From UHGV virus genome UHGV-0175871: 33,986 nucleotides of DNA, one strand, 5' to 3'. The stretch comes from a virus. The notes beneath the pieces are model-generated. The model did no database searches, was not told where the DNA came from, and saw only the letters and a program-made list of their open reading frames with translations. Position numbers and translations under genes: made by a program. Below, piece after piece: positions 28,039 to 33,986 of this stretch; positions within the stretch are counted from its first letter, which is position 1, and every line of letters begins with the position of its first letter.

Positions 28039-28848
28039 ATGTTTCATGTGGATAATCCGACGGGTGTGCCGGTGATGCCACCTGTCGCGGCTGAATTAAG
28101 CAAAACAACGCTTTATTTTACCGAAGGCGGGAATGGTATTCCGCCCACCTATCCGGGGCCGGACTGGTTTAATATTATTCAGTCCGAACTGCTGGAAATT
28201 CTCCGGCAGGCAAATATCAAACCGGATAAAAACACCACCGACCAGATTATGACGGCGCTGAAAAAACTGTTTATTACGAACAGTGGTTCAGCCGGAGCTA
28301 TTGCCGGATTAACCGGTCAGAATAATACGTTCCCGTATTTTACGGGCGAAGACACAATGGCATTAACGCCGCTCAGTGCTTTTGTGCGCGGTATTCTCGG
28401 GAAAAACACAGCCAGTGAAATTATCGACGCACTTTCATTACGTGACACGGTAAATAAAGCTAATAGTGCTGTACCGAATACCCGCAGGGTCAACGGCATG
28501 GCCCTGTCTTCGGATATCACCATCAGCAACATCAGTGGCAATGCCGGAACGGCAACCCGGCTTCAGACGGCCCGCAGGATTAACAATGTGCTGTTTGATG
28601 GCACCAGCGATATCACCATCAGCAGCACCGATTCCGGCGCTGTGCGTGATTTCAGATACACCAGCGAAGTGTTTCACAATCCCGGTGGTAACGAAATTTC
28701 CTGGGTATTTCGCGCGCCTTCAGGTTGTATTTTGTCAGGTATTAACGTTCAGGATACTGGCAGGAGCTCTGCGGATAACATCGGCGGCGTGTATTACAAA
28801 CAAACTCAGATTTATATCAATGGCGGATGGCGCACGGTATCCGGCTAA
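28039..28848 (+). CDS. Tail fibre protein, first module (short S-like fibre)
   Basis: 269 aa; FPYFTGEDTMALTPLSAFVRGILGKNTASEIIDAL resembles the distal conserved segment of P2 H / lambda Stf-type fibres. Confidence 0.7.
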   Translation: MFHVDNPTGVPVMPPVAAELSKTTLYFTEGGNGIPPTYPGPDWFNIIQSELLEILRQANIKPDKNTTDQIMTALKKLFITNSGSAGAIAGLTGQNNTFPYFTGEDTMALTPLSAFVRGILGKNTASEIIDALSLRDTVNKANSAVPNTRRVNGMALSSDITISNISGNAGTATRLQTARRINNVLFDGTSDITISSTDSGAVRDFRYTSEVFHNPGGNEISWVFRAPSGCILSGINVQDTGRSSADNIGGVYYKQTQIYINGGWRTVSG

Positions 28849-28862
28849 TTAAGGAGAAAATA

Positions 28863-29393
28863 ATGGAACTCAGAAACGTCACGCGTTATTACCCGGAAGA
28901 GATGCCTTATGGTGAAAACATTCAGTATTTCCGCAGTGAAGACGGACAGGATTTTTATGAATCACTGGATAAATTCACGAAGAAATACAAATTGTGTATT
29001 CACCCGGAAACCGGCGTGATTTATTCAATGGCGGAAGACGTGTCCCGTCTTTATCCGGCTGGCTTCACCATTGTGGAAGTGGATGAACTGCCGGAAGGTT
29101 TTGGCATTGAAGCCTGCTGGTATTACAAAGACGGCGAAGTGCTGCCGGTTCCTGTTGATTATTCGCAACTGGCAGAAAAACAACGCCAGAGCCTGCTGAA
29201 TGAAGCGAAGGACATCACCTCCGACTGGAAAACCGAGCTGGAGCTGGGCACCATCAGCGACGATGATAAAGCGCGTCTTACGCAGTGGATGGCATATATC
29301 AAAGCGGTAAAGGCTCTGGATTTAAGCACCGTTACTGACGAAGCCTCCTTTTACTCCATCAACTGGCCGGAGCGTCCCGATGCCGCAGCTTAA
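28863..29393 (+). CDS. Tail fibre assembly chaperone (Mu U / lambda Tfa family)
   Basis: 176 aa from ATG 28863 with AAGGAG RBS; C-terminal ...DDDKARLTQWMAYIKAVKALDLS typical of Tfa proteins. Confidence 0.7.
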   Translation: MELRNVTRYYPEEMPYGENIQYFRSEDGQDFYESLDKFTKKYKLCIHPETGVIYSMAEDVSRLYPAGFTIVEVDELPEGFGIEACWYYKDGEVLPVPVDYSQLAEKQRQSLLNEAKDITSDWKTELELGTISDDDKARLTQWMAYIKAVKALDLSTVTDEASFYSINWPERPDAAA

Positions 29394-32300
29394 AGGTGTG
29401 ATTAAAACGCCCACGGGAGAACCGCTGGGTGGCGCAACCATTACACTGACCTCCCTGCACAACCGTGCAGGGATTCTGAAAAGTGTTTTCAGCCATGTCA
29501 CCACACAGAACGGGGAATATGACTTCACCGTTCTGCCGGGTGTGTACAGCGTTCGCCTGACACAAAGCACACAGCGCCTTTCAGAAATCGGTGTCATCCG
29601 CGTTTATGAAGATTCAGCGGACGGTTCGCTGAATGATTTTCTGGGCGCAACCGATATTGACCTGCGCCCGGAAGCCCTGAAGAAATTCGAAGAGCTGGCG
29701 CAACAGGCGCAGCAAAGCGCAGAAAAAGCAGGAGAGCACGCCACCGCTGCTGAACAGGCCCGCCAGGATACAGAAGCGCTCGCCGGGGAAATACAGCAGG
29801 ATGCAGAAGAAATCGCGGGTAATGTGCAGAAAGCTGAAGAGCTGGCCTCTGAGACCAACCAGAATGCCGCCCGGGCAGAACAGGCGGTCAAAGATGCCGA
29901 TAAGATAGTCCAGAAAGCGGTCGATAAACTTGCTGATGCCGCAACGCTGACCGGTGAGGCAAAAGCCAGCGCCGAAGCGGCAGCAAAAAGCGAGCAGAGC
30001 GCGAAACAGCACAGGGACGAGGCGCAACGGATAGTTGATGACCTGAAGGGAACCAACGCCAGCACGACGCAAAAAGGCCTGGTGCAACTCTGTAGTGATA
30101 CAGACAACGACAGCGAAGAACTGGCCGCCACACCAAAAGCCGTCAAAACCGTCATGGACGAGACGAAAACAAAAGCGCCACTGGACAGCCCGGCATTCAT
30201 CGGCACGCCCACCACACCAACCCCGCCGGACGATGCGACCGGGCTGGAGATGGCGAACGCGGCATTTGTTCGCAAACTGCTTGCTGCGCTGGTTGACTCG
30301 TCACCGGAAGCCCTGGACACACTGAACGAGCTGGCAGCGGCGCTGGGCAATGACCCGGAGTTTGCGACAACAATCTTGAACGCGCTGGCGGGTAAACAAC
30401 CACTCAGTGACGTGTTAACCGCAATCAGTAATCTGGAAGAACGGGCAGATAATCTTCTGTGCTTTAATCATGACGGAAATGCTTCATTGTCTCCGCTGTC
30501 AGAAAAAGCCCGGTCACTGCTGGCACAGGCCACAGCGGAAGCCATGCGCAATGAGCTTGAGCTGAAAAGCGCAGCGGTAAGGGATATTCAGATAGACCTT
30601 TACGACAGCATGGAAGGCCGTGTTGCGCTTCCCGGTGCGTATGGTTACGGAATGACGGACGCCGGAGCACGTTCAATTATTGCCAGCGATATGGCGACTG
30701 TAGCCAGAACCGCTCACAACCTGCACCCGGGACGGTATTACACCTTTTCCACACAAACGGAAAAAACAACCGGAATAACAGAAATTATCTGGCTGGATAA
30801 TGGCCGGGGCGACAAAACCAGTCAGACAGCAACAAAGCTGGTTCTGTTCTTTGGAAAAGACGGACGGATTCTTATGACCGTTCGTGGCGATAATATCTCC
30901 GCCCCGGTCACCTGGACGAATCTGACGCCACAACTGGGCAATGCAGCACAAAAGGATGCGCAGGAGAGTATTTACGACCGCACCGAAGGCCGTCTGGCGG
31001 TTCCTGGCATGTTCGGATTCGGGAAAATATTTTCCAGCGGCGACAGGACCGAGTTTAAAACAGAGGCCGATTTTCTCCGCTGGGTAAAAACGGCAAAACC
31101 CGGACGCTATGCCGTTTATGCAGATACAAATGCGGTAATACAGGGCGTGCTGTTCAAGGGTACCGTTGAAATTATCTGGCCGGAACCTCAAACCAACCCC
31201 AATCCGGCATGTGTGGCTAAAATCATTATTTTTTACGGTATTAACGGCCACATTTATTACAATCGCTACTGGACTACCGGAGATGGTTATCTGGTTGGCT
31301 GGGAAAACCTGAAAGTCAACGAGGTTTCACTCCGGGCACTGATTGAAACCCGTGCGCCACTGAACAGTCCGACACTGACCGGAACGCCGTCCACGCCAAC
31401 ACCACCAGATGATGCAGCAGGTAATGAAATAGCCAATGCGGCGTTTGTCCGCAAACTGCTTGCTGCACTGGTTGACTCGTCACCGGAAGCCCTGGACACG
31501 CTGAACGAGCTGGCAGCGGCGCTGGGTAATGACCCGAACTTTGCGACGACAATCATGAACGCGCTGGCCGGTAAACAACCGCTGAACGATGTGCTGACGG
31601 CTATCAGTGAACTGACGCAACGGGCAGATAATCTTCTGTGCTTTAATCAGGACGGGAATGCTTCACTGTCTCCACTGTCAGAAAAAGCCCGGCTGCTGCT
31701 TGCTCAGACTACAGCGGAAGACATGCTGTCTGTTCTTGAGTTGCAAAAGAATACGTACAGCGCCCAGAGTGATATTTATGACCGGGCGGAAGATAAACTG
31801 GCTCTTCCTGGTGCATTCGGATTTGGTTATCCGTTTGGAAAAGAAGACCAGCTCACCTTTAAAAACACATCGGAGCTGACCACGTGGGTAACAAACGCTT
31901 ATCCGGGACGTTATGCGGTAACCGTCCCTAATCAGGGAACAATCATACCTGGTGTTTATTTTACGGGTATTCTTGATGTTATCTGGCAGATGAACCAGTA
32001 CGAAACAAAGCCCCCGTCAGATGCTGCAAAATGCATAATGTTTTATGCAGGAAACGGTGATATCTGGTTTAACCGATATATTTACGGGCGTCTTGTTGGC
32101 TGGGAGCGAATAAAGATATCCACAGCCGATATTTATAATGTTATGGGGGGGACCATCAGCAATGAGTGGGGAGACCCTGATGTTGGTGGACTGATTATTG
32201 CTGCATACCAGGGAACGACTGACGGAGATACAAAAATCAAGCTTGTGAGAGGGCAATATTACGCAGGCTCACGGCTGGGGCCGGTGGGAATTTCAGCGCC

Positions 32301-32454
32301 CTACAATCCAGCCGGAACGTATTCATCAAGCCCGCAATTCTACGTTATGGGAAATGCAGGTCATTCATTACCGGGTACATATCGCGCCCTGTCCGGGGTA
32401 ACAAACACCTATGGTTCCGACGCGATGATTGGGCTTTTTATTCGCACAGCGTGA
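29380..32454 (+). CDS. Side tail fibre protein, lambda Stf-like, with internal tandem duplication
   Basis: 1024 aa; N-terminal ...IGVIRVYEDSADGSLNDFL; Ala/Glu/Gln-rich coiled shaft; conserved TQKGLVQLCS...LAATPKAVKTVMDETKTKAPLDSPA...LDTLNELAAALGNDPEFATT..NALAGKQP block occurring twice. Confidence 0.85.
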   Translation: MPQLKGVIKTPTGEPLGGATITLTSLHNRAGILKSVFSHVTTQNGEYDFTVLPGVYSVRLTQSTQRLSEIGVIRVYEDSADGSLNDFLGATDIDLRPEALKKFEELAQQAQQSAEKAGEHATAAEQARQDTEALAGEIQQDAEEIAGNVQKAEELASETNQNAARAEQAVKDADKIVQKAVDKLADAATLTGEAKASAEAAAKSEQSAKQHRDEAQRIVDDLKGTNASTTQKGLVQLCSDTDNDSEELAATPKAVKTVMDETKTKAPLDSPAFIGTPTTPTPPDDATGLEMANAAFVRKLLAALVDSSPEALDTLNELAAALGNDPEFATTILNALAGKQPLSDVLTAISNLEERADNLLCFNHDGNASLSPLSEKARSLLAQATAEAMRNELELKSAAVRDIQIDLYDSMEGRVALPGAYGYGMTDAGARSIIASDMATVARTAHNLHPGRYYTFSTQTEKTTGITEIIWLDNGRGDKTSQTATKLVLFFGKDGRILMTVRGDNISAPVTWTNLTPQLGNAAQKDAQESIYDRTEGRLAVPGMFGFGKIFSSGDRTEFKTEADFLRWVKTAKPGRYAVYADTNAVIQGVLFKGTVEIIWPEPQTNPNPACVAKIIIFYGINGHIYYNRYWTTGDGYLVGWENLKVNEVSLRALIETRAPLNSPTLTGTPSTPTPPDDAAGNEIANAAFVRKLLAALVDSSPEALDTLNELAAALGNDPNFATTIMNALAGKQPLNDVLTAISELTQRADNLLCFNQDGNASLSPLSEKARLLLAQTTAEDMLSVLELQKNTYSAQSDIYDRAEDKLALPGAFGFGYPFGKEDQLTFKNTSELTTWVTNAYPGRYAVTVPNQGTIIPGVYFTGILDVIWQMNQYETKPPSDAAKCIMFYAGNGDIWFNRYIYGRLVGWERIKISTADIYNVMGGTISNEWGDPDVGGLIIAAYQGTTDGDTKIKLVRGQYYAGSRLGPVGISAPYNPAGTYSSSPQFYVMGNAGHSLPGTYRALSGVTNTYGSDAMIGLFIRTA
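30175..30546 (+). repeat. Copy 1 of the ~372-bp direct repeat inside the tail fibre gene
   Basis: Aligns in frame with 31354..31725, about 80-90% identity by eye, with perfect blocks of 26-32 bp. Confidence 0.85.
31354..31725 (+). repeat. Copy 2 of the ~372-bp direct repeat inside the tail fibre gene
   Basis: See copy 1; offset 1179 bp (393 codons). Confidence 0.85.
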
Positions 32455-33031
32455 GGAATGCATCGTGGAAATCAAAGAAATCATTAATCCCCGCTATACA
32501 GAAAATAGCGCTGTAGACTGTGACGTTTGGTTTGACGGCCAGCCGCAGCCAGTCCCTTACACTGCCACTCCTGATGATACATCAACAATCGGTAAGCGCA
32601 TCTGGCAGGAACTGCAAAGCGGCAAATGGGGCGAAATCGCCCCGTTCACCATCACGCCGGAGCTTATCGCAGCGGCAAAAGATGCCAAAAAGATGGAAAT
32701 CGAGGCGTGGCGCACAGAACAGGAAGCGCAGCCGTTCACGTTCGAATGGAACGGTCGCACCTGGAACGCTGGCCCCGACTCACTGGCCCGTCTTTATCCT
32801 GTGGTAATGGCGGCGAAATCTGACACAGCGCGGGACGTGATGACGTGGGGTGACGCCGATAATCAACAGGTGAAACTGTCAATGCCGGAACTGGAAGAAC
32901 TGGCGACAGCAATGGCGCAGGCACAGGTCGATCGCAATGACGGGATTTATCAGCGCCAGCGTGAAATGAAGGAGCAGCTTTCCCGGCTGTCCATACTGGA
33001 CGAGGTGAGAGCGTTAACTGTCGGTGATTAA
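32429..33031 (+). CDS. Putative tail fibre assembly chaperone, second module
   Basis: About 190-200 aa; likely GTG start at 32465 after GAGGAA (the track start is a TTG overlapping the fibre gene); assignment by position after the fibre gene. Confidence 0.45.
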   Translation: MGFLFAQREECIVEIKEIINPRYTENSAVDCDVWFDGQPQPVPYTATPDDTSTIGKRIWQELQSGKWGEIAPFTITPELIAAAKDAKKMEIEAWRTEQEAQPFTFEWNGRTWNAGPDSLARLYPVVMAAKSDTARDVMTWGDADNQQVKLSMPELEELATAMAQAQVDRNDGIYQRQREMKEQLSRLSILDEVRALTVGD

Positions 33032-33053
33032 ATAATCAGTATGTATAGTTTAT

Positions 33054-33081
33054 GACGATCGATAACATCATATCGATCGTC
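33054..33081 (+). promoter_or_regulatory. GATC-containing inverted repeat upstream of com-mom (candidate Dam-methylation-sensitive operator)
   Basis: GACGATCGATA-ACATCA-TATCGATCGTC: 11-bp arms each with a GATC, about 75 bp upstream of com. Confidence 0.55.
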
Positions 33082-33154
33082 GGTTTGCATCAATTGTGAT
33101 TAAATACCCCCAGCCCTCCGGGCGCTCATGTCTGGTTATTACACAGGGGGAATC

Positions 33155-33340
33155 ATGGACTCTGTTCGCTGTAAAAACTGCAATAAATTACTGTTTAAAG
33201 GAGGTTTTAAGCATATAGAAATTAAATGCCCTCGCTGTAAACGTTACATTGTCATATCGAATGCCAAAGAGCATCCCACGGAGCTGTATTGTGGGAAAAG
33301 AGAAGAAATCACGCATTCTGACAAAACCCTGCGTTATTGA
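33155..33340 (+). CDS. com: Com, zinc-finger translational activator of mom
   Basis: 61 aa from ATG 33155 after AGGGGG; [10 protein letters not shown]...[13 protein letters not shown]...[22 protein letters not shown] matches Mu Com. Confidence 0.8.
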   Translation: MDSVRCKNCNKLLFKGGFKHIEIKCPRCKRYIVISNAKEHPTELYCGKREEITHSDKTLRY

Positions 33341-33986
33341 GTATGAAGGCCGGATTGTCGGCTATGGTTCAAAGGAGCTGCGCGTTGAAACCATATCCTG
33401 CTGGCTGGCCCGCACAATCATTCAGACAAAACACTATTCTCGCCGTTTTGTGAATAACTCCTACCTGCATCTTGGCGTATTCAGCGGACGTGATCTGGTT
33501 GGCGTTCTTCAGTGGGGATATGCCCTTAACCCCAACTCAGGGCGTCGGGTCGTGCTTGAAACGGATAACCGGGGCTATATGGAACTGAATCGCATGTGGC
33601 TACACGACGACATGCCCCGCAACTCTGAATCACGGGCCATCAGTTACGCGCTGAAAACCATCAGGTTACTGTATCCGTCAGTTGAGTGGGTTCAGTCTTT
33701 TGCAGACGAACGCTGCGGACGTGCTGGCGTGGTATATCAGGCGTCGAATTTTGATTTTATAGGCAGCCACGAAAGCACGTTCTACGAACTGGACGGCGAG
33801 TGGTATCACGAGATAGCGATGAACGCGATTAAGCGCGGAGGGCAACGAGGTGTGTATTTACGGGCTAATAAGGAGCGGGCCGTGGTACACAAATTTAATC
33901 AGTATCGCTACATCAGATTCCTGAATAAGCGCGCAAAAAAGCGCCTAAACACCAAGCTATTCAGGGTTCAGCCATACCCGAAGTGA
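33291..33986 (+). CDS. mom: Mom, DNA modification enzyme (adenine modification, anti-restriction)
   Basis: Sequence ...[15 protein letters not shown]...[23 protein letters not shown] matches Mu Mom; GTG at 33291 gives 231 aa; in-frame ATGs at 33249 and 33261 are alternative starts; overlaps the 3' end of com. Confidence 0.85.
   Translation: MGKEKKSRILTKPCVIEYEGRIVGYGSKELRVETISCWLARTIIQTKHYSRRFVNNSYLHLGVFSGRDLVGVLQWGYALNPNSGRRVVLETDNRGYMELNRMWLHDDMPRNSESRAISYALKTIRLLYPSVEWVQSFADERCGRAGVVYQASNFDFIGSHESTFYELDGEWYHEIAMNAIKRGGQRGVYLRANKERAVVHKFNQYRYIRFLNKRAKKRLNTKLFRVQPYPK

Larger units (their letters stand above)
1..33986 (+). mobile_element. Mu-like transposable prophage, ner to mom, truncated at both ends by the window (no c repressor or att ends)
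   Basis: Collinear Mu gene order ner-A-B-gam-gemA-mor-late genes-com-mom; DDE transposase MuA plus MuB present; window begins at ner ATG and ends at mom stop. Confidence 0.9.

Noticed and set aside
29604-30350. Ala/Ser-rich minus-strand ORFs across the fibre shaft region
   Set aside because: They arise as a mirror of the Ala/Glu/Gln-rich coiled-coil coding sequence on the + strand; a related antisense ORF at 31287..31556 simply reflects the internal repeat.
30673-31251. 192-aa minus-strand ORF inside the tail fibre gene
   Set aside because: Antisense to the well-supported fibre ORF; Cys-rich irregular composition.
28000-33150. Expected Gin invertase and gix sites of a Mu G segment
   Set aside because: No serine-recombinase-like ORF and no flanking inverted repeats were found by eye; recorded as an absence, not a feature.
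1-33986. CRISPR arrays, tRNA/rRNA genes, IS elements other than the Mu transposition genes
   Set aside because: No periodic repeat-spacer arrays, no tRNA-like cloverleaf candidates and no additional transposase ORFs were seen.

Overview
The window is an almost complete Mu-like transposable prophage, cut from the first codon of ner (position 1) to the stop codon of mom (33986). The c repressor, the Pe/operator region and both att ends lie outside it. Apart from one gene, everything is on the + strand in Mu order: ner, transposase A, B, kil-like, two small genes, gam, a low-GC accessory block (4.7-6.1 kb) containing the single minus-strand gene, gemA, mor, an intrinsic terminator, a lysis cassette (GH108 endolysin plus membrane/holin-like proteins), TraR-like zinc finger, terminase small and large subunits, portal, F, a 214-bp non-coding control region, I, T (major capsid), gp35-38-like, sheath, tube, chaperone, tape measure, N, P, baseplate genes, two tail-fibre plus chaperone modules, com and mom. 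It departs from what I recall of canonical Mu in four ways: no invertible G segment or gin, no separate C activator, no G gene between F and I, and a different lysis module. The most unusual element is a 1024-aa lambda Stf-like side tail fibre carrying an internal ~372-bp direct repeat and two tandem tip modules. All calls rest on reading the supplied ORF translations against remembered protein families; no database search was run.
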